A stretch of 63,306 bases of DNA, counting the filler, from Klebsormidium nitens (lineage: Eukaryota > Plantae > Klebsormidiophyceae): the NCBI GenBank assembly GCA_000708835.1. It is 8 parts of 8 records of this genome, joined end to end, with 100 filler letters (N's around TTAATTAATTAA, not from the genome) between each part and the next. Parts side by side here need not be neighbours in the genome. Positions count along the whole stretch, not along the records: positions 9,995 to 24,606 come from DF238040.1; 7 more parts are not named here. One strand, 5' to 3'. Of this stretch, positions 10,360-22,577 are shown one piece after another (within the stretch, counting starts at the first letter, position 1; every line of letters begins with the position of its first letter). A program made the position numbers and the translations under genes. The notes below the pieces were generated by a model. It made no database searches. It saw only the letters and a list, made by a program, of their open reading frames with translations, and had not been told where the DNA came from.

Positions 10360-13300
10360 ATGGCGCAGAAGTTTGCGTCCACCCTCTTCAGGGCTGCTCG
10401 CCTTGCACCGGCAGCGGTATGGCGGCCGGAGCCTGCACTCCCTTTGTGCGGGGTGAGCTACGAGGCTCGGTTTTGCGGACTTTCTTTCTGCTCGTCCCAT
10501 GATTAATTGGCTTGTTTTAGAGCCAAGCACCCTTTTTAACGAAATGTAGTTTTGTTCTTTGACTACAGATGACATCCTCATTTGATGTTGAGTTCCGTGT
10601 GACAAGAGCCATTGTTCGAATCGAGATAATCAAGCAGAGTTTTGAAGTGGCAGCTGGACATTTGTGGACATGCAAGACTCCGACTTGTTCTTATGCAATT
10701 ATGAGACAGTTGCAACTCTTGTCTGGCCAGCCTCTACTAATGTTATTTTTTAAGTCTGCGGTGAGACATAGAATTGGACATACCGTGCACTCAGGTCTCA
10801 ACTGGTCCTGTTTTAAACAAAGTTCTGCTGTCGACCTGATAGCTTCGGGGTTTCAGGTAAATGACTTGCGTGCTGATTTCTCCTCAAGAGTTGCCAAATC
10901 CGTGGGTTCAGCAAGTCTCCTTCTCACCCGAAAACTCTGATGTCTGAGGACAGGTGTTCCACATTGAGAGCAGCTTTGTCGCCCTCCGCATGGTACGGAC
11001 CTATGGCACAAGGGCCGACGCAGTGCCTGCGATGAGTGCAGCAACCGCACACCATGAAGCCGTAGGTTGCTACCCCTTCTTGCTCGCTCGTCTCTTCTTT
11101 TGCGAAGTTAATCCTAACTGCAAGTGTAGGGCCTACAGCCAATTCAGCCAGCATAAGATTCTTTTCATGTATATTTGAAGAGAATTACGTGTCTGTGCGT
11201 AGTGGAAGCTGTCACCAACTCTGCATTGGCCTTCTTCCTCACTAGACATGCTACATGATGAGGTCTTCCCAGCATCCATACTCTGGGCGCCTTGCTAGTT
11301 GCAGATTCCTGAAGACCTCAGTCGTGCGGTTGCTGATGGAGTCCTGAATTGTCCTGATTGCAGCCTGGCGTGAAGCTGCTCATTGGCGGCAAGTTCCACG
11401 ACTCTCAAGCCAAGGAGTGGATTGATGTCACAAATCCCGTGAGTTACAGCAACTGCAAAATCTGCAGCTTCTCGTGAGCTGCCCTCAATTGCTCTCATGA
11501 GACCGAGAAGCTGCTCATTGGCGGCAAGTTCCAGATTCTCAAGCATTGGGGCGAATCGATGTCACAAACCCCGTGAGTTACAGCAATTCAAGTATCTGCC
11601 GCGAGCAGCCTTCGATTGCTCTCATGAGACTGAAATGCTACGTAAAAGAGTATTTCTGTGCAAGCTTTGTCATTGTGACAATGCTTCTGTTCGGGCGCTT
11701 GTTGGCTTGGAGAAGACGAGTAGGCTTGCAAGGAGAATGTGTTTCTCCATTCCATCAAGAGGATCCCTAGATCGTGTTGGCAGATGGCTACCACTCCTGT
11801 TAGGCTTGTGTGCATCTTTCTTGATTCTTTGAGATCTTCGTACATGCAGGCTACCCAAGAGGTCATCTCCCGCGTGCCTCACACCACAAAGGGGGAGTTT
11901 GACGCGGCTGTGGCCGCCGCAAAAGCTGCCTTTCCAGCTTGGAGAGACACTCCCGTGACGGTGCGGGCGCGGGTCATGTTCAACTTTCAAAAGCTCATCC
12001 GGGACAACATGGTGAGTATACCTTTGGACGCATTGATCTCTTCATTATGCATTGCTAAAGTTGATTTCATGCGCTAGTTTGGCTCCAGCTTTTCGGCTCG
12101 ACTTTTTTTCCCTCTGTTTTCAAAGCACCTTTGGGACGTTCAATGTTCAGAGGCGAACATGAGTAGTGGTGTGAAATCAATGATCTCGACTTTGCAGTAT
12201 GAAGTATGATGTTTTTTTCATCGGGCGTTTGACAGAGATTGGATAGATAGTGCGAACGGTTTTGTTTCGCATGGACAGTCTGAATGGTCCGTCAATTCTT
12301 TTTGCAGGAAATGTTGGCAGAGAACGTGACGTTGGAGCAGGGGAAGACGATACCGGACGCCAAGGGCGACGTTTTTCGAGGCCTAGGTAAGCTCTACTCT
12401 AGGGGAGGGGGTTTTGATATCGTTTCCTTCGCATCAACGTTGTTCTCGGTTCATCTGGTTGGTGTCCAACACAGCGAACTCTTAGAAGTCTTGGTTAGAG
12501 TGTCCAAAAATAACGAAAGAGAAACAAGACAAAAGAATCCCTTCTCGACATCGGTCGTTGAGTACGCTTGCGCCTCCCGGGCGCTGGGTTACGAGTGTCC
12601 CCAAAGAATGAAAGGAAATCAAACAAAAGACTCCCTTAACTATGGACGTTGTCAAGCGCGTAAGCTTCCCGAGCGCTCGCATATAAATGTCCCCAAAAAA
12701 CGAGCAGAACAAGATAGTCTCCACTCAACAGAGGTGGTCGAATACGCGTGCGGCCTCCCGAGCGCGCTGTCGGGCGAGATCGTGGAGAACGTGAGCGCGG
12801 GCATGGACACGTACAGCATCCGGCAGCCGCTCGGCGTGGTCGCCGGCATCTGCCCCTTCAACTTCCCGGCCATGGTGCCCCTCTGGATGTTCCCGCTCGC
12901 CGTCACCGCCGGCAACACCTTCATCCTCAAGCCGTCCGAAAAGGACCCCGGTAAGTTGGTTGGCCCCTGGGTTCGTGGCCTGGTTAAGTTGCTGGACGGG
13001 GTTGTCGAGCTGTGTATGTTGGTTGAACTGGTGGTTTGCAATGGCTTTGAGAGCTCGCGACTGGTGCCTGAACCAGACTAGAAGAACTGGTCCAATCGTG
13101 TCTCGTTGGTAGCCTACGATGCTTTAGTAAGATCCGTCCTATACGTTGACAGCTTTGAGCCACTTTCCATTTTCTCTTGTGCTTGTGATACTCGCCGAGA
13201 TGCTGATTAACATCAAAGATCCATTGAAGACCCCAAAACCCGCACCGTTTGTTTCTCATACGCACCCAATCACATTCGCGCCACGTACTTGGGTCTTTCA

Positions 13301-16300
13301 GAAAGCTGGGCGATCCGACTGTTTAAACTGGGCGTTCTGTTCTGCGGAACGCCGGACGTCCAAGGTTAGCGGCAGGGGTTCTCACGCAAATTTGAGTGTG
13401 AATCGCGGAACGTCAAGTGCCGGGTTTCGTGCCGGTAACCAGCGCAGCGACGGCCGAAGTCCTGGCTCAGGTTCAACTTCCTCGGATCAGTCGCCGTGAC
13501 ATGACGTCAGTGCTGACACTTGGGAACGCCCACTTTAACATTAAGCTCGCTTTTGTCAGGTGCCGCCATGCTATTGGCCGACCTGGCGCAGCAGGCGGGC
13601 CTCCCCCCCGGCGTGCTCAACATCGTGCACGGCGCCCAGGACGTTGTCAATATGATATGCGACGACAAGGACGTGCGCGCCATCTCATTTGTGGGCTCCG
13701 ATAGGGTATGGTTTCATTCTCGAAAGGCTTCGATTTGGACTCCCATCGAGTGTCTTCTGCAATGCAAGCCCTTGAATGTGAAGCCCTTAAGCCGGTGCAT
13801 ATTAATAGGACCGCTCGGTCGAAGATCTTCTGCAATCCTCCAGAAGAGTGTGAGTCACGCAAGGGGTTGAAACGGAGCTTTCCCTGCTGGCGGTTTGCTT
13901 AAGGCGACTCCAGCCCCAAACCCCAAATCCGTAGACGTACTTACTGGTCGTTCAATGAACGCGAAAGGGTTGTTGGCGAAGCTGCGTTTTCTCCCTCTTC
14001 ACCCGCACTCCCTCTCCGCAGGCCGGCAAGCACATCTACTCGCGCGGGTGCGCCAACGGGAAGCGCGTCCAGAGCAACATGGGCGCCAAGAACCACGCCG
14101 TCGTGCTGCCGGACGCGGACCCGGACCGCGCGATGAACGCGCTGGTCGGCGCCGCTTTTGGGGCCGCGGGGCAGCGGTGCATGGCCATCAGCTCCGCGGT
14201 CTTCGTTGGCGGATCGGAACAATGGTGAGAATGAGGGTGCGCCCTTCTGTCGGTGGTTCACGTTTTAGGCAACTGGGGGCCGTAGGTCAGCCGAAACGTG
14301 GTCTCGCGGGTTTGGTCGAAGGTTTTAACAGTGCAGTCAGCAGATTGATTCGAAAGTTACGCACACTTTGGTTTCTTCCGTTCCCGAGCAATTAGCCGTC
14401 GGCTGAACAAGTTTGGAATCTGTTTATCAGTGGTTGGAGACCAAAGGAACTTTGTTTGCTGTTACATATGCACCTGGAAGCTCAGTCTGTGGACTCTGTG
14501 CACTTCAGGAGTCTGCAGAGCATCATTCTGGCCGGCTTTGCACCATTCAGTTGGTCACGTCTGAGCCGTTATTCCTTTCTTCAGAATTTTCATGATGTTC
14601 GTTCGCCTTTCTTCCTGCCGCACTAGCTCCACTCATATGAGCATTGAAAATCAGAGGGCATCGAGGAAGCTCGCAAGAAGCCTGGTGCGCACGGTCAGCC
14701 TGAAGTGGGAAAGGCCCTGAAGCAGGAGAGCTTCTGAACCCTTCCACACCTCAGCATCGCGATTTGTCCACGTAGTTTTGCAGGGAGTTGGATCTGGTAG
14801 AGCGCATGAAGAAGCTCAGCGCCAACGCTGGCAGAAAACCTGGGGTTGACGTCAGTCCAAAAGTGAGGAAGCGTTCGAGCGTGTCCAATTTTCGATGTCC
14901 CATTCCGTGTCGTTTGTATCAAATGCAGGGAGTCGGGTCTAGCCGAACGTGCAAAGAAGCTCAAAGTGAACGCTGGCAAGGAGCCCGGGGCTGACGTGGG
15001 CCCGCTAATCAGCCCTGAAGCCAAGGAACGTGCCGAGCGGTTAATTTCCGAAGGGGTGAACCAGGGTGCCCGGTTGGTGCTGGACGGGAGGGGGGTGAAG
15101 GTCCCCGGGTACGAGGAGGGCAACTTCCTAGGGCCTACCATCCTGGCTGACGTCACGCCCGACATGGAGTGCTACCGGGAGGAGATCTTCGGGCCCGTGC
15201 TGCTGTGCCTCAAGGTGGGGAGCGGATCCCCGGGCAGAATTTGACTGCTGACGTCATGCCCTGCTTCTTACAACGGCCCGATCAAGATTGTTGATCGCTG
15301 CACAAATTGAAAGAAAGAGGGAACTGATTGCGGAAGTAGGGCGCATGGGCTCGTGGGAAGCCGAGTGTCATTAGTCTGGGTTTGGAATTGACGCTCGCTT
15401 TTCGTCTTCGCAGGCGGAGAGCCTGGATGACGCCATCCAGACGGTCAACAATAACCCGTGAGACTTGCACCCTGTCGGTTCTTAGATCTGGAAGAAAGTC
15501 TGGAAAAAATGCCTCTACACGAGCGAAGTGACGAGCTTTTTTTGCATCTCATCCGGTCGCCCTTGCCGCACTCACTGCTGAAGGAAACGTCTCAGTCCGC
15601 TTTGAATGTTTGGCCTTAAGTCGACGTGTATGCTTAGGAGCATCTCTGCTCAGGGCCGCTTTCTCGCTTTTCGCTTTGCTTCAGGTAGATTGGTTTGTCC
15701 AACTGTATGGTGCGGATGTCGAACAGCACACAGCTTCTAGCAGCTCTTGAATCAAGGACTGTTGCGCTTGGGTATGTGACGTTATCGCTGACGTAACCGT
15801 CTTGGTGTTAGGTACGGCAACGGTACCGCTATTTTCACTCGGTCAGGGGCCGCTGCCAGGAAGTTCCAGCACGAAATTGACGTAGGCCAGGTGAGCGACG
15901 AAGAGATTTGGAGATTATACGTGCTTGAGAGAACCTTTTACCCGTCGTTATCTTCCAAGTAGCCAGCTGTCTGTATCTCCTACAGGGGTATTTTTTAAAT
16001 TTTACACCCATTAGCTCGGCCGCTTCTGTCAGCCCGCATGCCAAGACAAGGACTATGACAACCCTGTAGAGAACGTCTTGCTCAAGTTTCGAGCTGTTTT
16101 TGTTGTGACGGCTAAAGGTGAACGTGTGCCAGACGGCGAAAGCACCATTTCTTAACCGCTTTTGCGTCGTGAGTTGACCATTTCTTTACAAATGTGCCAT
16201 AATTATCTCTAGAAACAGGCGAAGACATGGTCAGAAAGTGCCGACCTGTGCCGTTTCTCTAGGTCGGCATCAACGTGCCCATCCCGGTTCCGCTTCCGTT

Positions 16301-16794
16301 CTTCTCGTTCACGGGATGGAGGGGATCCTTCCAAGGCGATCTCAACTTTTACGGTGAGGTCGCGTCGCAGTCTGCATACCTCCGCCGTTGTCGGAAAGCG
16401 CTTCATTATCTGCTGATGACCGTAAAGCCATTAGGTATCGTTGGATTTGTATGATGCGCTCATGAAGGCCGATATACGATTGGTGGCTGATTGGTTCTTG
16501 CTTGGTTACGGCGAATGAGTACCTGAGGAAAAGCACGCAAGTGCCCCGGTGGTCTTGCAGATCTTTGACGAGCGATTTCGTCCGATTTAGTAGCCTGTAT
16601 CGTGGTTTTCGAAGCAGCTGTTCGCCCTTGTTGAGAAACGTCAGTTGCTCGGTCCCCCTTTTGAGCCCACCTTTTTTGTTGCAGGCAAAGCGGGGGTCCA
16701 GTTCTACACTCAAACGAAGACTATCACATCATCCTGGAAGGACGATGACGTATCCACTGTTCAGACAAGCTTCCCCAACGCGGGCAAGCAATAG
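10360..16794 (+). CDS. ALDH6: Methylmalonate-semialdehyde dehydrogenase (CoA-acylating), mitochondrial; 13 exons, ~564 aa
   Basis: Exons 10360-10452, 10954-11061, 11364-11438, 11850-12011, 12308-12386, 12732-12950, 13560-13705, 14022-14224, 14929-15214, 15414-15457, 15812-15890, 16263-16353, 16685-16794; all GT-AG, total 1695 nt. Motifs [38 protein letters not shown] (catalytic Cys), [24 protein letters not shown]. Exons 1-2 encode a transit-peptide-like sequence and are less certain. Confidence 0.95.
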
Positions 16795-17829
16795 CTTCGC
16801 ATTCTCCAGCTCTGGAAAAAGCAACGTTAGATTTGAATAGCGAGGTAGCCAAGCGAAACGGCAGCTTTCCGAAGCAGCGCCGGTTGAAACGTTGCGCTGT
16901 GAGCTTTTAGCGTTTCAAGTTTCGCACTACGTTGGGAAAGTGTCCTTGTACACTCCAGAATCTTGCATACCTTGTACATAGCAAAGACGCTGGCAGCTTG
17001 TGTTGCTAATTGATAGATGCCTTTAACGAGGCACTTGCTACGCCCGTATTTTACTGAAGCCTGGCAGCCATTGCAGAAACTGCATCCACATTTCCGAGGC
17101 ATTCAGTCTAGCTTGAATGCGGCGCAAGTGCTGGTCGGCTGTGTTCTTCAAGCTTGCACCGTTGATCACAATCAATTCACCAACTTTGGATCAAGAACGA
17201 TACGCCAGGCTCATGAGACCTGAGCTTGATGACATTCATGTCGAGCGCAAGATAACTAGCTAGCGATCACGCCACCCCACGAAGCATGCAAGCAACCTGT
17301 TTGTGATTTCAGGCAATCGACCGCAAACCTACTGCACCTGAGTCATTAAGTTGCCCTGCATGAAGCTTTCAACTCGCGTTTCGCGCCCCAGAGGTCTCCA
17401 GCGTCGCATCATGCACAAACTTGAAACCAAAGCCTGCGCACGTGCAGGCCACACCGACATGATAAATAGACATGCAAGCTTTTCATTGCATCGAAACCAC
17501 TTCACGTAAGAATTATATTAATCGTGCCATGATTCAGTGTAAAGGACCAAGGTGACGGTTATAAATTCCCATCCGCGGTTGCTCCATAATTAGGAATTGA
17601 TAGCTAGCTGCTACTGCACCAAATTAAGACGACATCCTACCAGGAGGTGAGAGCCAAACCGGGAGCCGATCAATTTTAACCAGCCATGTTCGCTACAGTG
17701 TGTTGGTGACGCGCTGTGATCCTGTGATCCTCTGATACTTGACGATCTGTCCGCTACATGTTGAAATGCAGTACAATCAGTTTACCATCTACAGTAGCAT
17801 GGCGACCAAAGACCAGTTACCTAAAGCTT

Positions 17830-19645
17830 AACATACTCAGAACTATTCTGGCTGCTACAGGACTTACGCCTGGTGATATTAAGCAATAGCGACAAACGAC
17901 TTGCTGTTTCAACGAATGTAGTCCTAACGCAGTCGGGATTTCCTAAATGTAACGCCCTCTTTATCAACTCCGATGCTCGTTGTACTCGGTTAGATGACGC
18001 ATGCGAAGGAGTGAATTGTTCGAGATGCTCCAATGACCTCCGAAAGTTCCCGGTACGACGAATTCCATTCGTCAAGCCAAATCATTCTTCGCCTTGCGTT
18101 CCGCCCTCGTCTCGTGGGACTCATATTCTCTCCCACTTGCCTCTCAGAAATCTTCTCTGCGCACGGGTTATCGCTTCTCCCCGTTTTCTCGCTATCCCCC
18201 GCTCTCGAAAGCCCGTGCACTAATATTAGGTCTCCTTATAGAAACGAACACTCCCCCGCCCTTTTTAAAAAGCTTTTCTCGGTGTCACAAGCCCACTTTA
18301 CCCGCCTTTATTCATCCTTTGCCTCTTTGCTGTCCTGCAGCCTCGCCGCATACGCCGCCTCCCACCACGCCCTCCCCGACCGGCGCCGCCTCGGGCCGCT
18401 TTCTTCCCCTCCCCCCTCTCCTGCTTCTCCCTCCACTCTAGTTCCCCCTGTCTCCTCGCCAACCGACGCCGTTCCTCCAGTTGCCCCAGCTCCCCCGGTT
18501 CCGCCAATCGCCCCAGGGTTACCAGTTTCCTCGGTTTCTCTGCTTTCCCCCATCTCCCCGCCTTCAATTCTACGGGGCCTTGTCTGAGACGCCCCTCCCG
18601 CGTTTGTCAGGTGCCTCCCGAGCTCCAGCGCAGTTACGAGGCCCAGCTCCGACTCTTCTTCCGACTCCGGTCTAGTCGCGGCCGCGCGCCGGCGGCTGCG
18701 GCGGCTCGAGCCGCGCGACGACCGCTCGTCTACCCGGGGGTTTATTGCCAGAGCCCGCCCGCCTTCTTCGACTTCCTCTGAAAAAGGGTTTGCGCGTTGA
18801 AACCCGGTTCTCAAAGCTCCGCTAACCCCGCTAACCCGGCTAACCCCCGTCCCCAATCCAGGGTTCCCGTGTGGTCGACCGGTGATAGCGCCAAGCCAGG
18901 GTGATCGACTGGCCCCCGGTTCTGCCAACCCGGCAACCCCAAAACCTCCCGTTTCGTAGTGGTGTGGATTTCCGCCAACGACGTCCCAGGCGCTCCCAAG
19001 CCCCCCAAACCTCGACGAAGTCTCGAGAGTCCGCCTCCTTTGCGCCGACTCAAAGCGCGGCTCGGCAATGATGCGCATCGGCCCGCGCGCGTCGCCGCTG
19101 TCGGAGAGAGGCCGCTTGACGCCCCTAGAAACCTCCAAACCCTCTGTCAAGGTAGGGACAGGAATGAGCCCCACAGACTGGCTCCGTGTGTGCGCGCGCA
19201 TCTGCAAACCCTCAGTCAATGTGGGGACAGGCCCCACGGACTGGCTCCGCGTCTGCGCGGGCGCCGCTGAAACGCCTTGCGCCAAGCCGCCTCCCAATCC
19301 GCGCGGCCGCGACGTGTTCACGCTCGCGGTGCTCGCGCGCGCCGCGCCGCGGCGCCCCTCCCCCTCTTCCACCGAGGAGCTGCTGTTCTCGACGCTCCTG
19401 GAAGGTTCTTCTCCCGCTTCTAGTTCTGGTTCCCACAGTTGCTGGAGTTCGTCCATGCTGGGAATGCGCTGGCCGAAGCGCAGGGTCTGGGGAGGGTCTT
19501 GCATGTCGTAGGGGCGGTCCAGGACCGGGCCGTCATAGCGAGGGTCCATGTAGCGAACCAGGTCCTCGATGCTGTCTGGCCATTGGTCGGGGAAGACGGG
19601 GGTGCCGGAGCGTGCCCGCGCGTTCGGCGGCCCGTCTCCCCTCAT
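17830..19645 (-). pseudogene. Long intronless GC-rich ORF (445 aa open, then continuing through several stops); probably transposon-derived
   Basis: ORF 18308-19645 is low-complexity R/S/G/E-rich with an internal peptide duplication (TRSQSVG..PVPTLTEGL x2). The same frame stays coding-like to about 17830 through TAA/TGA/TAG stops. Confidence 0.4.
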
Positions 19646-21739
19646 CGTTTTGGCTTTCGGGAGATGGTGAAGGTGCTACAATGGAGCCACGTAGAGCGGT
19701 CCTGATCGACCTGGACGAATGAGAAGGATAAAGTCTGAATCGCACATCGAATGAGAAGAAAAGCAGGTGAAATGGTTATTGAATTTAAAAACGGTCGAGA
19801 AAGAGTAGGAAGCTGATGCCAGTCTAGCTGCCCCTTGCTGGTTGGAAAAAGAGGTGACAACGGTTCTCCTGCGAAAAAGAGTGTATATGGACGAGACTGA
19901 CTTCTAACAAAGCCACTTTCATTAGCAGTAAATTCGTCTGAAAGGCCGATAAATGTGGTCAGCTTACATTCTTCGTCAATGAAAGGTTTGTGGAGGCAGC
20001 AGATTTAGACCCCTCGTCCTTAACAATCAAACGGAAGCAGATTCAACGCAGGCTTGCAAGTCATAACTTCGAAATCAAGCAGGGCTGAGTACATTATCGA
20101 ACATCTTGCATTTCGAAGGGACGCACATCTAAGAAGCGCAGATTAGTGATCGTCCTCACCTTTGTTTTGCCTCAGAATAGGAGAGGTTCTCGAACCGCCT
20201 TAGCGACCGTTCCTTCGCAGCATTGAAGTTCTAAAAGATCCTTCTTATCTGCGAAATCCTGAAGAAAGCCAGAGGATAAAGTTTGTTTCCTGCGGATTCT
20301 GCTGGCCGCTGGCAGGATGTCGCCGGTGCAAACGTGATCCTGACATTTGCTGTTCGCTTATACAGCAGCATAAGGATTACCTACATGCAGCTTGCTTCGT
20401 AGATGTAATGTGGAGCTGTTCGTCCAACTTGGTGGTAGCCACAGGATGAGGGCATCTCTCAAAAAGGGCATTCCGGGAAGAACAGCCCTGTCTGTGGACG
20501 CAGGATTCTGTTCTGCTGGTTCGTCTCGGCAGATTTTCCTACCGTTTCCAAGCCAAGGTTGCTCCTTGAGCAATTTGGATTAAGATTGTATAAAGATGCA
20601 AAACTTGATTTGGGTGCTCCCCCAAGAACGATTGAACCTGGGGGGGCATCGAAGTAAGGTACGGCTGAGTTCCCGTAGACACTCTCTTATGAGCCGCTCA
20701 CATTACAAGGATAATCTCAGCAGCTTCAAAAAGGTGTTCTTGAGTTCAAAATTAGCATCGGACGGCTGTGGCGCTTCTTCATGATTGTCTGCAGCAGCGC
20801 GTCTTACTTCACCAACCTCCTCGGAAACCATCGAACTCTCAAACTCTTCTTCAGCTTCTGATCAATCTTTGCGGCCAGCTCATGAGAAAGTCTTTCCGAC
20901 AAGGATGCCAAGGCTGGGATGATGTTGGATCAGCTTGTACCCAAGTCCAGCTACCAACAGAGAGCCGCTTCTGGTGATCAAGAACCTCTTTGAAAGCTAG
21001 ATTTCAGAAGCAAATATACTCCATTTACCCAAGCCCCTAGAACTTTTGTCGAGAACCTGCTGGATCCTGAACGGAGACCATAAGGCCGAATGTAAGGAAA
21101 CAGGTGCTTTCAAAATTCTGAATCAACACTGGAAACGAACTGCTGATATCAACAGAACGCCGATTTGAAACTTAGCTGCTAAGTTATACCTGAAGGAAGG
21201 CACCCTCTGAGCCTCTGGTTCCTTTAAACCCCAGCCGCCGCGCCTCAGCTTGGAAAGGGGCATGCAATCCAGTCTGGAGCACGCCAGCTAAGTTCCTAAG
21301 TACTGAGGCTTACTTAATCGATGCACCACATGCAACTGGCGACATTCGACACCATTTCCACCCAACTTCATGCAAGCAAAGACTTCAGTGAATCATCCAA
21401 CGGAGCACTCTCGAGGCGCCACGTTGGTGCGTCTCGCGTCAGCAACCAGTTCGACAGTACCGACTGCCAGAGATTGTCATGCAGACTGTGACGGCGCAAC
21501 CAGTGGATGACAATCTGTAAGCTGCAGCAAATCATGAAGGAAAGACACGGGTTGCTTCATTATCCACCTTCATCATCCTGCTTCCGCAAGGTCAATTAAG
21601 TTCTTCACTTAGTGATTGTATCCCGTTTATATTACGGGCACTTCAACGCAATTTCTGATGGACCGGTCAAGTGCATTTGTTGGGAATTGAGTCCCAACAC
21701 AAACAGTCTCTTTCACTTCCGTAGCCCCAATCCAAGGAT

Positions 21740-22108
21740 CACTTCAATGGCCACACCAACCTCGTTCCAAGTATGCCGTTATCCTACGACGAAATTTCTA
21801 CCGATGCCTCCTCATCTTTTGGGTACGGCGCATTTTTAATGGGGGGTTATTTCTCCCTTTCCTTCGCCGCGGCTCGTAAAATTTTTCCGGATGCTCCCGA
21901 TTCCTCCGAGCCAATTCATGTTCATGAGCTATTCGCCGTTCTAATATTGTGCCGATTATTTTCGGCTGCCCTAAGGGGCCTTTACGTACGATTGCATATC
22001 GATAACACTGTCGTGGTGGCCGTCATCAATAAAGGTACAGCAAAAGGGGCAACGGTTTGCCAAGTTTGCCAAGAATCGAACCCGAAAGCAGTTGCTCTGA
22101 CCAAGTGA
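21740..22108 (+). mobile_element. DIRS-like (tyrosine recombinase retrotransposon) RNase H remnant
   Basis: FNG...ISTDASSSFGYGAF...IHVHELFAV...LRGLYVRLHIDNTVVVAVINKG matches the DIRS1-type RNase H pattern TDAS..G.G / HI..LEL.AV / DN..VV..INK.G. Confidence 0.8.
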
Positions 22109-22577
22109 TGAGAAGTCTGATAACATCTCAGCGAATCTTTTCTTTCGAGGCAAACTATGGCCAAGGTTAGCTAGGCCCCAATCAGCAGAGTACTGAAGTG
22201 TCGAAATTTGCTCCACATATCTAAGTATGTTAGAGCGTGCGCATTTGGCGCTCTCATATGCAGGCAAGCTTCACGAGCGGATCATTGCCGAATGATACTC
22301 CCAACTTTTGTCCAATAAGCACCTTATAACGAGCGTTCCCCGAGGCAATGCCTCGGCTTGACTTTATGACCAATGGATTCCTTGAAAGACGATATGTCGA
22401 GCTAGATTGCTCAAACCTGTTTGAGGCCAAGCAGCAACTACTTACTCTGTCAAAGATATGGAGGGGCTTTAGCATCCTGTGTCGACAATTCTTATGGCTT
22501 AGCAGCTAGACGCATATAAACGCGCGCGGGCTCCGCCCCACATCCTTTCGACGTGGTTTTCGGCTTTACTGTACTCT

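Noticed and set aside
12652-13041. Antisense and alternative-frame ORFs over GC-rich exons (many in the track)
   Set aside because: They are shadows of the GC-rich coding exons of ALDH6, RPL3, the proteinase and gypsy pol.
16390-16530. TGATGA...CTGA in the last ALDH6 intron as a possible C/D snoRNA
   Set aside because: There is no terminal complementarity or recognisable guide; likely chance.
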